A DNA stretch of 64,000 nucleotides from Actinomycetes bacterium (GCA_021841005.1 JAKBVZ010000010.1:6302-70301), one strand, 5' to 3'; shown: positions 1-10,320, numbered from the stretch's first letter. The notes: generated by a model not told the origin, from the letters alone. Program-made: numbers and translations.

Positions 1-1
1 T

Positions 2-781
2 GCCAAGCCCATCCTTCATGCGCTGGAGGCGGAACCTGATCGCTACGACATCACCAGCCTGTTGGCCATCATATCGTCGGGAGTGATGTGGAGCGAGCAC
101 ACCAAGGAGGGTCTACTAAAATACCATCCTAATATGATATTACTTGATACGTTCTCCTCCTCGGAAGCCATCGGGATGGGTGCGTCTATGTCAAGCGGGA
201 ACCAAACCGGCGATACAGCGAAGTTCATGTTGGGCGCAAATGTAAAGGTGCTCGATCCCGATACTCTCGATGAAGTCCAGCCCGGCTCGGGCAAGGCCGG
301 CATGGTGGCGCTCCCTGGAAGGAATCCTCTTGGCTACTACAAGGATGACATCAAGACTGATGCAACCTTCAAGGTCGTTAACGGAATACGTTATGTGATA
401 CCTGGAGATTTCGCCAGCGTAGAAGCGGATGGCACGATCCATTTGCTCGGCAGGGGCTCCATGTGCATAAATACTGCAGGTGAAAAAGTTTACCCCGAAG
501 AGGTCGAAGAGGTGATCAAGGACATCGACGGTGTGCAGGATTCGGTGGTGGTCGGCATACCTGACGACAAGTTTGGGGAGGCGATAACTGCCATAGTTGA
601 GCTACAGTCAGGGACGCTGATCACCGAGGAGGACATAATTTCCACCGTAAAGTCCCGGCTCGCAAGCTACAAAGCCCCTAAGAAGGTGCGCTTTGTGGAG
701 TCAATCGGTCGGGCGCCCAACGGCAAGGTAGATTACGCCCGCCACAAGAAGGAAACGATAGCCTGGGCTGCAAGCCTATAG
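2..781 (+). CDS. Acyl-CoA synthetase / AMP-dependent ligase, C-terminal part (5' end outside the window)
   Basis: The frame is open from the window edge to TAG at 779-781. C-terminal AMP-binding enzyme motifs are present (GRGSMCINTAGEKVYPEEVE, ASYKAPKKV, PNGKVDY). Confidence 0.8.
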   Translation, partial: AKPILHALEAEPDRYDITSLLAIISSGVMWSEHTKEGLLKYHPNMILLDTFSSSEAIGMGASMSSGNQTGDTAKFMLGANVKVLDPDTLDEVQPGSGKAGMVALPGRNPLGYYKDDIKTDATFKVVNGIRYVIPGDFASVEADGTIHLLGRGSMCINTAGEKVYPEEVEEVIKDIDGVQDSVVVGIPDDKFGEAITAIVELQSGTLITEEDIISTVKSRLASYKAPKKVRFVESIGRAPNGKVDYARHKKETIAWAASL

Positions 782-788
782 CAGTGTG

Positions 789-820
789 TGCACGGGCTGC
801 GGCATAGTGGCCGCAGCAGA
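789..820. repeat. Solo copy of the CACTAT-loop hairpin element, inverted orientation, no flanking duplication
   Basis: tgcacgg-GCTGCGGC-ATAGTG-GCCGCAGC-aga is the reverse complement of the cores at 33476-33510 and 36246-36280. It lies between convergent genes. Confidence 0.85.
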
Positions 821-830
821 GAAGGAGCGG

Positions 831-1574
831 TCAGCCCTTATTCGCGCCGTGTGTCCTCACAAAATCGTTAACTGCATAGTAAGCATCTATGGACTCCCCT
901 GCGTCACCCCAGAATCCCTCCAGGATGTCGTAGGCAGCCGTGCCTGCTTCTACATAGAAGTTGTTCACATCGGTAATCTCCAGCTCCCCTCTTGCCGAGG
1001 GTTCGAGATCGTGCACCATCCTGAAAACTTCAGGATCGTACAGGTAGATGCCCGTCACCGCCAATTTGCTCGGAGGATCACTTGGCTTTTCAATGATACG
1101 TATTATCTCCTCTTGATCCCCGAACTCCGCTACTCCAAGGCTCTGAAGATGGTTTACCTCATGTTCCTCCCACAACAAGAGTTGCGCACCGGATCCCTTG
1201 CCGGCAAACCTCTCTATGCTCGGTCGCAGAGACATCTCCAGTATGTTGTCAGCAAGCATCACAGCCACAAGATCATCTCCTACAAAGCGCTCTGCGAGGC
1301 CGAGTGCATCTGCAATACCGGCAGCCTGTTCCTGGTAAGCATAGGCAAGGCGATCTATGCCGTACTCGTGGCCATTGCCGAGCAACCGGAGGAACTCTCC
1401 GGCGTGGGTACCGCCGGTAACCAGCATCAGCTCGGTAATACCGGCCTTGACAAGCGCCTCTACGGCATAGGCAACCATGGGACGATCCCCGATGGGCAGG
1501 AGATGCTTGTTGGTGATCCGCGTCAACGGGTATAGCCTGGTACCGCTTCCACCTGCCAGGATTACGCCTTTCAT
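831..1574 (-). CDS. Sugar-phosphate nucleotidyltransferase (glucose-1-phosphate thymidylyltransferase-like)
   Basis: The ORF spans 831-1631. The ATG at 1572-1574 gives MKGVILAGGSGTRLYPLT, the RmlA-type GxGTRL motif. Confidence 0.8.
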   Translation of the reverse strand: MKGVILAGGSGTRLYPLTRITNKHLLPIGDRPMVAYAVEALVKAGITELMLVTGGTHAGEFLRLLGNGHEYGIDRLAYAYQEQAAGIADALGLAERFVGDDLVAVMLADNILEMSLRPSIERFAGKGSGAQLLLWEEHEVNHLQSLGVAEFGDQEEIIRIIEKPSDPPSKLAVTGIYLYDPEVFRMVHDLEPSARGELEITDVNNFYVEAGTAAYDILEGFWGDAGESIDAYYAVNDFVRTHGANKG

Positions 1575-1696
1575 AAATATGTCCTCCTTCCTTGAACGAT
1601 TACCTTTCGTGATATACTCGCTAACGACCACTCATGTAAACTGGCGGTGCCGGTCAGCGCAGGCATCCACTCCTCGAATACATATCTATAATCTAC

Positions 1697-2713
1697 ATGC
1701 CTCAGATAGTGCGTCTGGAGTACAGTACTGATAGTAACATGGAAACCACACCCGAACCGCACTTGCCCTTCTCCTCTCCCACTCCATCGGCTGCAACGCT
1801 GCACGTGCCACCTGTCCATGTGCGGGGACTCACCAAGAAGTTCCGTAACGGTGTCGTAGCGGTAAACGGTCTGGACCTGAAGGTCGAAGCAGGTCAGGTA
1901 TTCGGACTCCTCGGCCTCAACGGCGCAGGAAAGACCACTACCCTGAGGATACTCCTCGGCTTGGTACGCCCATCGAGCGGCACTGTGCACATTTTTGGCC
2001 ATCCGGTCACTCCCGGTTCCTCGGTCCTCGGTCGAGTGGGGTCTGTAGTGGATACCCCTGGATTCGTGCCACACCTCACAGGACTGCAAAATCTCAGGAC
2101 ATACTGGGAAGCGGTTGGGCAGGACCGCCGGTCGCAGGCAATTGATGATGCTGTGAAGATGGCCAACCTGGAAGGAGCCATCGATAGAGAGGTCCGTAGC
2201 TACTCATTTGGCATGCGCCAGCGACTCGGAATAGCCAGGGCGCTACTCGGCAACCCACCCTTGCTGATACTGGACGAGCCGACTACCGGACTCGATCCCA
2301 AGCAAGTACGAGAGGTGCGGTCGCTTATACGCATACTGTCCCAGCAGGGCAAGACCATCCTGCTCTCATCGCACCTCCTTGGCGAGGTGGAGCAGATCTG
2401 CTCGCACGCCGCCGTAATCCATCATGGCAAGCTAATGGCAAGCGGCTCACTGGCAGACCTCACCAAGGCAGGCACGGCGCTCTACCTCGAAGTCGACAAC
2501 ATCTCTGCAGCAATGACCGTACTCCGCTCTACGGTAGGCGTCACAGATGTGCGTCAGGAGAGCGATGGAATACTTTTGGAAGTGGCCGAGCGGATGGAGC
2601 GCGAAACCATACCCAGGGTCCTCGTCGCCGCCAATATAGGGATAAGGGCCATCCTGCCAAGAAGAAGGCTGGAGGATGCATTCCTTGGAATGATAGAGGA
2701 ACAGGACGTGTGA
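1697..2713 (+). CDS. ABC transporter ATP-binding protein
   Basis: Walker A GLNGAGKTT, signature SFGMRQRL and Walker B LLILDEPT are present. An alternative start lies at 1739. Confidence 0.9.
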   Translation: MPQIVRLEYSTDSNMETTPEPHLPFSSPTPSAATLHVPPVHVRGLTKKFRNGVVAVNGLDLKVEAGQVFGLLGLNGAGKTTTLRILLGLVRPSSGTVHIFGHPVTPGSSVLGRVGSVVDTPGFVPHLTGLQNLRTYWEAVGQDRRSQAIDDAVKMANLEGAIDREVRSYSFGMRQRLGIARALLGNPPLLILDEPTTGLDPKQVREVRSLIRILSQQGKTILLSSHLLGEVEQICSHAAVIHHGKLMASGSLADLTKAGTALYLEVDNISAAMTVLRSTVGVTDVRQESDGILLEVAERMERETIPRVLVAANIGIRAILPRRRLEDAFLGMIEEQDV

Positions 2714-2789
2714 CCGCGGGATCCGCTGCGGCCACTATGTCGCTGCCCGTGTTCCTAGGAATGGTAGAGGAGATGCACGCGTGACCCGC
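2681..2789 (+). repeat. Degenerate hairpin element (2716-2751) flanked by a diverged ~35-bp direct duplication of the ABC ATPase stop / permease start junction
   Basis: 2681-2715 and 2752-2786 match at 28/35 positions (period 71). The core GCTGCGGC-CACTAT-GTCGCTGC has two stem mismatches. Confidence 0.75.
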
Positions 2790-3863
2790 CAGAGTGGTAG
2801 TTCGCAGAATGGTCATCCGGATGATCCTTCACGTACGACCCCAAAGGTGGTACCCAGAGGATGCACGCCAGCGGGCAGTATGTCGCAGCCGGTACGGCAG
2901 AGGAAGCTTGCCACTCTCCGGAAGATTGCGAGCGGCTGGTCACGGATGACCACCTTGTGGAGAATATACACAGTTCCCTCCTCCATTCCGCGTGCTGCCT
3001 CCGGCGTGCCGGCTCACTTATCCAGAAGGGCATTCCTCCCTGAAACAGCAAGCCTTATCCGAACCGAAATTGAAAAGCAACTCCCAAGACCCCGCACCTG
3101 GCTTACCTTGGTATTTATGGCCTTTATTCCTTTCCTGATAACAGTTGCATTTGCCTTGGGAGGCACTGCGCATACGAGCCAGCCGTCAATCGCCGGTGAT
3201 TTCTTGCTCGTAGCAACCAGATCCGGGCTAGACATGCCGCTGGCAACTCTGGATGCGACAGCTCCTTTCCTACTGGTGGTGGCAGTTTCACTTTTCCTTG
3301 GCGAAGCCATCACCTCCGAAACGGGGTGGGGGTTTCTCAGGGCCCTCCTGTCGAAACCCGTATCCAGAAGTCGCCTATTGCTTTCCAAGGCCTTAACGGG
3401 AATAGCCCTGTCCGCCATCGCCTGCTTGGTGGTTGCGCTCTTCGGATTGATTGCGGGCGTAGTGGCATTCGGGTGGCATCCGGTCGTGACTCCCAGTGGT
3501 ATCACGTTCAGCCAAGGGGCCACCCTACTCAAGTTGTCCGTCGCCACCGTCTATACGATGTGGTCACTGGCATCCATCGGATCTTTCTCGCTGCTGGTTT
3601 CGACCGTAACGGACTCGACAATAGGAGCAGTAGCATCGGGAATCGGCTTGGCAATAGTCTCTGAGATCCTTGATGGGATACCAGCACTTGGGCAACTCAG
3701 GGTGGTGTTGCCCACTCACTACATGCTTGCCTGGGGAGAGCTGTTTCTCCAGCCGGCCAATTACAACCCCATGCTCATAGGTACCGGCGTCCAGTTGCCC
3801 TACGTCATCGTTTTCTGTACATTGGCATGGTGGTGGTTCACACGGAAGGACATCCTGAGCTGA
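2781..3863 (+). CDS. ABC-2 type transporter permease
   Basis: Multi-pass hydrophobic protein directly downstream of the ATPase. The start is uncertain: GTG 2781 sits in a GTGA stop/start motif that is duplicated from the ATPase 3' end. Confidence 0.7.
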   Translation: MTRQSGSSQNGHPDDPSRTTPKVVPRGCTPAGSMSQPVRQRKLATLRKIASGWSRMTTLWRIYTVPSSIPRAASGVPAHLSRRAFLPETASLIRTEIEKQLPRPRTWLTLVFMAFIPFLITVAFALGGTAHTSQPSIAGDFLLVATRSGLDMPLATLDATAPFLLVVAVSLFLGEAITSETGWGFLRALLSKPVSRSRLLLSKALTGIALSAIACLVVALFGLIAGVVAFGWHPVVTPSGITFSQGATLLKLSVATVYTMWSLASIGSFSLLVSTVTDSTIGAVASGIGLAIVSEILDGIPALGQLRVVLPTHYMLAWGELFLQPANYNPMLIGTGVQLPYVIVFCTLAWWWFTRKDILS

Positions 3864-4012
3864 CCAGTAAAGACAATATCGGTACTGGTGCAACTGGTGC
3901 CCCAGCGCGTGATCGGACCGGTTCGGGTGGTGTCGTGGTTCGAGCAGGTGCTGAAGATACCGAAGGTACCGGCGGTCAGGCCAGTACGAGTGGAGACGGT
4001 ACACTGTCCAGT

Positions 4013-4993
4013 TTGAAGATCACCGCGCTGGCAGGAGGTGTAGGAGCTGCGCGGCTGCTCAGAGGGATGGTGGAGGTAGTCAAACCGTCCAATGTGACCG
4101 CCATTGTCAACACTGCGGACGATACCGTGCTGCACGGATTACATATCAGCCCCGATCTGGATACGATCACTTATACCCTGGCAGGACTGGTTGACGTAGA
4201 AAGAGGGTGGGGACTCTCCGGCGAAAGCTGGACCGTGATGGAATCTCTCGCAAGCCTGGGAGGCGATACCTGGTTCCAGCTGGGCGACAGGGACATCGCT
4301 ACGCACATGCTGCGTACGGATATGCTCAACCGTGGCATGTCGCTGTCAGCCGTAACTGAAACCCTTCGTATGCGCCATGGCATCATGACACGCATCTTGC
4401 CCATGTCCGATGACAGGGTACAGACCAGGCTTACCCTGGCAGGAAGCGGTGAGGAGATTGGCTTCCAGGAATACTTCGTTAAACTCGCTCATTCAGTAGA
4501 GGTCGGCAAGATCGCATACCAGGGCGCAGGAAGCGCCGCTGCCGCGCCGGGAGTGATCGAAGCGCTAGAAGACGCAGACGTAATCGTCATATGTCCCTCT
4601 AACCCATTTCTCTCGATATTTCCAATCCTGGCCCTGAAAGACGTGAAGCAGGCGCTGCAGGGAAGGCAGGCAACCATGAAAGCCAAGACCGTAGCGATAT
4701 CGCCGATCATAGCCGGCAAAGCGCTGAAGGGACCTGCCGACAGGCTGCTCGTGGAAATGGGCGTTACGGCGAACGTCGCCGGGGTCGCAGGACTGTACAA
4801 AGACATCGCTTCTACGCTGGTTATGGATGACCAGGATGCAAGGTTGCAGGACGACATCGAGGCCATCGGAATGCGATGCGTAACGACTGATACGATCATG
4901 CGTGACATCAATGCATCGAGGGCCCTGGCCAGGGAGGCAATCGAAGCGGCACTGGAAACTGTATCACTAGCGCGGCGCGGCAATAATGGGTAG
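4013..4993 (+). CDS. cofD: 2-phospho-L-lactate transferase (F420 biosynthesis, CofD/FbiA)
   Basis: TTG 4013 gives the canonical N-terminus (L/M)KITALAGGVGAARLLRG. The ORF is open from 3827, but that stretch overlaps the permease and is low complexity. The gene is adjacent to cofE. Confidence 0.8.
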   Translation: MKITALAGGVGAARLLRGMVEVVKPSNVTAIVNTADDTVLHGLHISPDLDTITYTLAGLVDVERGWGLSGESWTVMESLASLGGDTWFQLGDRDIATHMLRTDMLNRGMSLSAVTETLRMRHGIMTRILPMSDDRVQTRLTLAGSGEEIGFQEYFVKLAHSVEVGKIAYQGAGSAAAAPGVIEALEDADVIVICPSNPFLSIFPILALKDVKQALQGRQATMKAKTVAISPIIAGKALKGPADRLLVEMGVTANVAGVAGLYKDIASTLVMDDQDARLQDDIEAIGMRCVTTDTIMRDINASRALAREAIEAALETVSLARRGNNG

Positions 4994-5714
4994 GGACGTC
5001 GCGAGAACGGACTCGCCTTCCTCCATCTCCATATTGCCGGTTACCGGAATCGGTGAGATCATAGCGGGATCTGATCTTGGCGGGATAATAGCCGAACACT
5101 CCCAGCTGCAGGATGGCGATGTGGTAGTGGTAACTCAAAAGGTGGTCTCCAAAGCGGAGGGCCGCGTAGTTCCACTGGATACATCCGATCCAGATGCCAA
5201 AAAGCGCCTGATCGAATCCGAAGCCCGCAGGATTCTTCGCCGTAGGGGCGATCTACTGATCACTGAAACGCATCACGGATTTATCTGTGCCAGTTCCGGC
5301 GTCGACCTTTCCAATGTCGAAGAGGGATATGCCGTGTTGCTCCCCGTTGACCCTGACAGATCGGCACGACGGATCCGCGATCGGATCAGAGCCGCTTGTG
5401 GCGCCGGTGTAGGAGTAGTCATCTCAGATACATTCGGCAGGCCGTGGAGAAACGGGTTGACAGACATCGCCATAGGATGCGCTGGTATATCTGCCATAGT
5501 TGATCTCAGAGGAACGCCAGACGCCAATGGTCGGGTACTGGCTGCCACCGAAGTATGCCTAGTGGATGAGTTGGCTTCTGCTGCGGAACTTGTAATGAGC
5601 AAGTCATCCGGTATCCCTGCGGCAATAGTAAGAGGCCTCAGGTCCGACCTGTTCCGTGATTCCTCCATAAAGGACGAGGTAATAAGGCATCCCCAAGCGG
5701 ACCTATTCCGGTAA
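4986..5714 (+). CDS. cofE: Coenzyme F420-0:L-glutamate ligase (CofE)
   Basis: 242 aa with CofE-family similarity (VVVTQKVVSKAEGR, ISDTFGRPWRNG). It overlaps the cofD stop. Confidence 0.8.
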   Translation: MGRDVARTDSPSSISILPVTGIGEIIAGSDLGGIIAEHSQLQDGDVVVVTQKVVSKAEGRVVPLDTSDPDAKKRLIESEARRILRRRGDLLITETHHGFICASSGVDLSNVEEGYAVLLPVDPDRSARRIRDRIRAACGAGVGVVISDTFGRPWRNGLTDIAIGCAGISAIVDLRGTPDANGRVLAATEVCLVDELASAAELVMSKSSGIPAAIVRGLRSDLFRDSSIKDEVIRHPQADLFR

Positions 5715-5774
5715 GAGGCAAGCAATGCCCAGTTGAAACCAGACCACGCATGAAGCACTACACTGAAGATAGAT

Positions 5775-7640
5775 ATGTCGGGCGAAAATACCACTTCACT
5801 GCTGACTGATCGCTACGAGCTGACGATGCTGGATGCAGCAATCAAGTCAGGCATAATCGGCAGGAAAGCGATATTCGAGGTGTTTGCCAGATCACTGCCT
5901 CCTGGAAGGCGTTTTGGCATCCTGTGTGGAACCGGACGCCTTATAAAGCTGCTCGAAAGATTCCGGTTTGTGGACGCTGATCTCAAGGCTATAGAGGGCA
6001 TCGTCTCTCAACAGACCATAGAGCATCTGAAAGGATGGCGGTTCTCTGGAACAGTGAGAGCTTATTCCGAAGGGGAGTGCTACTTCGCCGATTCACCGGT
6101 ACTTACCGTCGAGGCCACCTACGGTGATGCGCAACTGGTGGAAACTATAATCCTGTCGGTACTGAATCACGACTCAGCCATAGCCTCTACTGCAATTCGC
6201 ATGAGCCTGGCTGCAGGTAATCGCCGGCTCATAGAGATGGGCTCTAGGCGTACTCACGAATATGCTGCAGTTGCTGCCGCACGAGCCGCATATATCGGAG
6301 GGTTCCATGCTACGGCCAACCTCGAAGCCGGCCGTCGATACGGTATACCTACCGCAGGCACCTCAGCCCACTCCTTTACGCTAGCATTTCCTACCGAAAA
6401 AGAAGCATTCAAGGCGCAACTGGAAGCGACCAGCGGACCTATTACCGCTCTGGTGGACACATACGAAATGGAAGACGCCATCAGGACAGCAGCCGAAATA
6501 GCAGGAGATCGCCTGGGAGCCATAAGAATCGACTCGGGCGATCTCGTAAAACAGTCAAGACTGGCGCGCTTGATCCTTGACGGCCTGCACCTGCATAATA
6601 CCCAGATTATATGCACGGGAGACCTGGATGAGTACAAAATCGAGGAATTGAGCAATGCGCCGGTGGACACCCTGGGTATTGGCACAGCGCTTGTCACCGG
6701 CTCAGGATACCCCACGGCAAACTTCATCTACAAGCTCGTGGCCGTGGAGAACCCAAACGGGCAGATGATCCCGGTGGCAAAGCTCTCTCCGGGAGGAAAG
6801 GCCACTGTAGGCGGGCGCAAGCATCCAGCACGCATGTATGACGCTCGAGGAACGGCAATAGGGGAGTACATAGGTACCTCGCCACTAGACACTACACAAG
6901 CCGGCCCGTCCAGGCCGCTCCAAACCGAATTGATGGTACATGGCGAAGCCGTGCTCCAGGACGATATTGATCAGGCGCGTGCCAGATGCAGGCAATCGGT
7001 CGAAGAGCTTGGCTTAGCCGCTCGTGATATATCGCCTGGCCAAGCCGCCATAACAGTGCAAAGGTTGCCAAAAAGAGCGCTGCTCGTGATAGACGTACAG
7101 AACGATTTCTGCGAAGGTGGCTCCCTGGCCGTGGAAGGAGGCCATGGAGTCGCACAAAGACTCGCAGGCATCATTGGACAGGGTCACCGGACCACCACGG
7201 GAATATATGACTATGTCATAGCGACACGTGACTATCACGAGAATCCGGAAGGCCATTTCGCCTCCAACCCCGATTATCGTGATACCTGGCCTCCGCACTG
7301 TGTGATCGGGACATCCGGAGCAGAACTCGAATCCGCACTCACAGGAATTGTTTTCGACGCCATATTCGACAAAGGGCGTTTCCTGCCTGCCTACTCAGGC
7401 TTCGAAGGAGCAGAAACCACAACTGGCATGTCGCTGGAGCAATGGCTGGCGGACCATGAGATCGGTGCGGTGGATGTTGCCGGGATCGCCACGGACTACT
7501 GCGTCAGGGCCACGGTGCTCGACGCGCGAAAAGCGGGCATTGGAGTCAGGGTGCTTGCCGATCTCTGCGCGGGAGTAAATCCCGCAACTTCCGAGGAAGC
7601 TATGCATGAGATGAGCGATGCAGGAGCAGTGATCGCGTAA
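5775..7640 (+). CDS. pncB/pncA: Fusion protein: nicotinate phosphoribosyltransferase (N-terminal) plus nicotinamidase (C-terminal)
   Basis: Residues 1 to about 430 are NAPRTase-like (LTDRYELTMLDA). From about nt 7060 there is an isochorismatase/nicotinamidase domain with ALLVIDVQNDFC and the catalytic Cys motif IATDYCV. Confidence 0.85.
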   Translation: MSGENTTSLLTDRYELTMLDAAIKSGIIGRKAIFEVFARSLPPGRRFGILCGTGRLIKLLERFRFVDADLKAIEGIVSQQTIEHLKGWRFSGTVRAYSEGECYFADSPVLTVEATYGDAQLVETIILSVLNHDSAIASTAIRMSLAAGNRRLIEMGSRRTHEYAAVAAARAAYIGGFHATANLEAGRRYGIPTAGTSAHSFTLAFPTEKEAFKAQLEATSGPITALVDTYEMEDAIRTAAEIAGDRLGAIRIDSGDLVKQSRLARLILDGLHLHNTQIICTGDLDEYKIEELSNAPVDTLGIGTALVTGSGYPTANFIYKLVAVENPNGQMIPVAKLSPGGKATVGGRKHPARMYDARGTAIGEYIGTSPLDTTQAGPSRPLQTELMVHGEAVLQDDIDQARARCRQSVEELGLAARDISPGQAAITVQRLPKRALLVIDVQNDFCEGGSLAVEGGHGVAQRLAGIIGQGHRTTTGIYDYVIATRDYHENPEGHFASNPDYRDTWPPHCVIGTSGAELESALTGIVFDAIFDKGRFLPAYSGFEGAETTTGMSLEQWLADHEIGAVDVAGIATDYCVRATVLDARKAGIGVRVLADLCAGVNPATSEEAMHEMSDAGAVIA

Positions 7641-7864
7641 ACAGAGCAATTGTTACGTAAATATAGTATTCTTGTTTCAGTCAGGCAGGGGAACAATACC
7701 CGGTCGGCAGGAGGAGAGAGGAGATGAGCAACCACAAGCTAACATGGGCTGGAGTAGCCGTAAAACGTTTGTATACCGCCAGGTACGCTATCCTAGATGG
7801 CGCTCCAACCGAAAGGACAGAGTCTTCAATCTACCAAGGGAGATACATCCATCACACACCTTTG

Positions 7865-8668
7865 ATGCCGCGATCGGTATACTGCGCCATGGCCTTGGCC
7901 GCCGTAGCGCTGGCGGTATCGGCATGCAGTTCCACTACATCCACGCACCCACGGGTAGGGAACACCGGAACGGCCACCACATCATATGCGTCCTCACATA
8001 CTTCTTCGCATCCCAAGACTTCCTCCACGTCACACGGATTCCTGACGCCTCCATCGACATCAACGGGTGCAATATCCGGAGGCAGCACAATTTCGGGAAC
8101 CGTCCAGGGCAACCTACACTATTCGTTCCAGGTACTGAGGGTCGTTCGAGGCACGTCAGCACAGATCAAATTGGACACCCTGGGATGGCCCAGCGTAAGG
8201 GGGGTAGGAGAAGTCATGGCCGACCCCATACCGTCAGGATCAGTGTATTTAGTGGTCGATTTTGTCCAGACCACCTCATCGGGAAAAGCCGCCCTCCTGC
8301 CCGACAATCCCAACGTATCTACATTCCCGGTCGTACTGCTTGTTTCTCCATCGGTCATGCACGTAGGCGATACGGGACAACCTGGTCTATGGTGTAAAGC
8401 CACTGGCCCGGTAGGTGCGGGAATCGGCGTATTCTCCGAAAACATCACTGGCCATACCTGCGCTGAAGAGAACTTTCAGGCCGCCAACAGCACGTCCACC
8501 ACTACGCTATCCGGCGAAGCAAGCAACCACGTCGTGGTGGCATGGGCCGTACCCGAGGCCGTACCGACCAGCGCGTTGCGCCTTGGCTGGGATACGGGGA
8601 CCTTCCATCTCAACGCTCACTGGTCACAATCGGTCCCGCTCACCGGCCATGCGCACCTCACGATCTGA
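7865..8668 (+). CDS. Hypothetical lipoprotein
   Basis: ATG 7865 gives MPRSVYCAMALAAVALAVSAC, a signal peptide with a lipobox. An upstream ATG at 7724 has a strong GGAGG RBS, so the start is ambiguous. Confidence 0.55.
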   Translation: MPRSVYCAMALAAVALAVSACSSTTSTHPRVGNTGTATTSYASSHTSSHPKTSSTSHGFLTPPSTSTGAISGGSTISGTVQGNLHYSFQVLRVVRGTSAQIKLDTLGWPSVRGVGEVMADPIPSGSVYLVVDFVQTTSSGKAALLPDNPNVSTFPVVLLVSPSVMHVGDTGQPGLWCKATGPVGAGIGVFSENITGHTCAEENFQAANSTSTTTLSGEASNHVVVAWAVPEAVPTSALRLGWDTGTFHLNAHWSQSVPLTGHAHLTI

Positions 8669-8730
8669 CCGACTTGCACTCCCAGCTTGCATTCCCAGCT
8701 TTCACACCTCGCGGAAAGGCCACTTACCTG

Positions 8731-8770
8731 GATGAAATCGGCAGGATGAAGATGAAATCGGCAGGATGAA
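8731..8770. repeat. Tandem duplication, 20 bp x2
   Basis: GATGAAATCGGCAGGATGAA occurs twice, in the intergenic region. Confidence 0.9.
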
Positions 8771-8798
8771 CCAGTCTACCAATTGCGATCCAGTGGCT

Positions 8799-9557
8799 CT
8801 ATGCTGGACGGACAGTTATGCCACGCGCCGACAAGTAAGCTTTGACCTCGCCGATGCTTATCTCTTTACGATGGAATACCGAGGCAGCGAGCAATCCGTC
8901 TGCACCTCCCTCGAGCGCACCCTGAGCAAAGTGCTCCAGCGAACCGACACCACCTGAAGCTATGACAGGGATGTCCACGCGCGACGTGATCTCACTCGTC
9001 AACTCCAGGTCGAATCCTTCCTTGGTCCCATCTTTGTCCATAGAGGTCACGAGCAGCTCTCCTGCCCCAAGCTCTACGGCTCGGTCCACCCACTCGAGAA
9101 CATCCATCCCGGTAGGATTCCTACCGCCATGGGTATAGACCTCCCATCCCCATGGCGACCGCCTGGCATCCACTGCAACGACTACACACTGCGACCCTAG
9201 CTCGCCAGCGATCTCGCTGATCAATACGGGGCGTGAAATACCTGCAGTATTCACGGTAACCTTGTCGGCGCCAGCCCTCAGTATGCCTTTGGCATCTTCG
9301 AGCGTCCTTATCCCGCCTCCCACGGTAAGAGGGATAAACAGCATATCCGCCGCGCGAGCCACCACATCCACCATGATGGAACGCCTTTCCGAAGATGCCG
9401 TAATATCAAGAAACACGACCTCATCTGCACCTTCAGAATCGTAGCGCAGTGCAAGCTCCACCGGGTCTCCGGCATCCACCAGGTCGAGGAACTGCACGCC
9501 CTTTTTTACCCTGCCCTCGTCCACATCGAGACATGGGATGACCCGGACAGTTCTCAT
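8799..9557 (-). CDS. hisF: Imidazole glycerol phosphate synthase cyclase subunit HisF
   Basis: [21 protein letters not shown]-terminus, full-length HisF similarity and his operon context. Confidence 0.95.
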   Translation of the reverse strand: MRTVRVIPCLDVDEGRVKKGVQFLDLVDAGDPVELALRYDSEGADEVVFLDITASSERRSIMVDVVARAADMLFIPLTVGGGIRTLEDAKGILRAGADKVTVNTAGISRPVLISEIAGELGSQCVVVAVDARRSPWGWEVYTHGGRNPTGMDVLEWVDRAVELGAGELLVTSMDKDGTKEGFDLELTSEITSRVDIPVIASGGVGSLEHFAQGALEGGADGLLAASVFHRKEISIGEVKAYLSARGITVRPA

Positions 9558-9564
9558 GCTATGG

Positions 9565-10320
9565 CTATTCCTCGCATATCTTCATTGCTTCCTCCAGCGG
9601 TAGAGATCTGTTTGCAATGGCTCTGCCCGAGATCACTCCCTCCACTCCTCTACCTCCCACCGAGAGCCCAGCCAGAGTGCCCAGATCGGACACATTCCTC
9701 ACTCCTCCTGCCACGATCACCGGATGGCTGGACATCTCCAGAACGTAGCGTAGCCCGACCGTATCAGGCCCCTCCATAGTGCCGTCCCTGTCGATGGCAG
9801 TTACCACCAGTGCCGCAAGCGGTACCTCGTTGTACGTCTCCACGGCCCCTCCCAGATCCATCGCGGCATCCTCCTCCCACCCCGATACACAGAGAGAAAG
9901 GGTACCGCCTTCGAGCCCGCCGGCAATTCCCTTGTAATCGAGACTGATTGCCACGCGACCCGGGAAGCCGCGGGCAATCTCAATCGTGGTACCAGGATCG
10001 AGAAGTGCGGTAGTACCGAGCACCGCTCTGGCAACTCCAACGGAAAGCATCCACTCCACGTCACCCGCCGTGCGGATGCCGCCACCCACCTGTACCGGCA
10101 CACCACATTTGCGGGTTATCTCGACCACTACATCCCTGTTGACAGGCAACCCCGTCCTTGCGCCATCCAGGTCGACAACATGCAGTCTTCGAGCACCCCT
10201 GCTCACGTATCCGAGCGCCAATTGCACTGGATCACCAAAGTCGGTCACATTGCCATACTCCCCCTTGAACAGGCGAACTGCTGTCCCGCCATGTATATCG
10301 ACAGCCGGATATAGCTTCAT
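9565..10320 (-). CDS. hisA: ProFAR isomerase HisA (PriA-type in actinobacteria)
   Basis: [12 protein letters not shown] start at 10320 (the ORF is open to 10374), (beta/alpha)8 HisA motifs and operon position. Confidence 0.9.
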   Translation of the reverse strand: MKLYPAVDIHGGTAVRLFKGEYGNVTDFGDPVQLALGYVSRGARRLHVVDLDGARTGLPVNRDVVVEITRKCGVPVQVGGGIRTAGDVEWMLSVGVARAVLGTTALLDPGTTIEIARGFPGRVAISLDYKGIAGGLEGGTLSLCVSGWEEDAAMDLGGAVETYNEVPLAALVVTAIDRDGTMEGPDTVGLRYVLEMSSHPVIVAGGVRNVSDLGTLAGLSVGGRGVEGVISGRAIANRSLPLEEAMKICEE

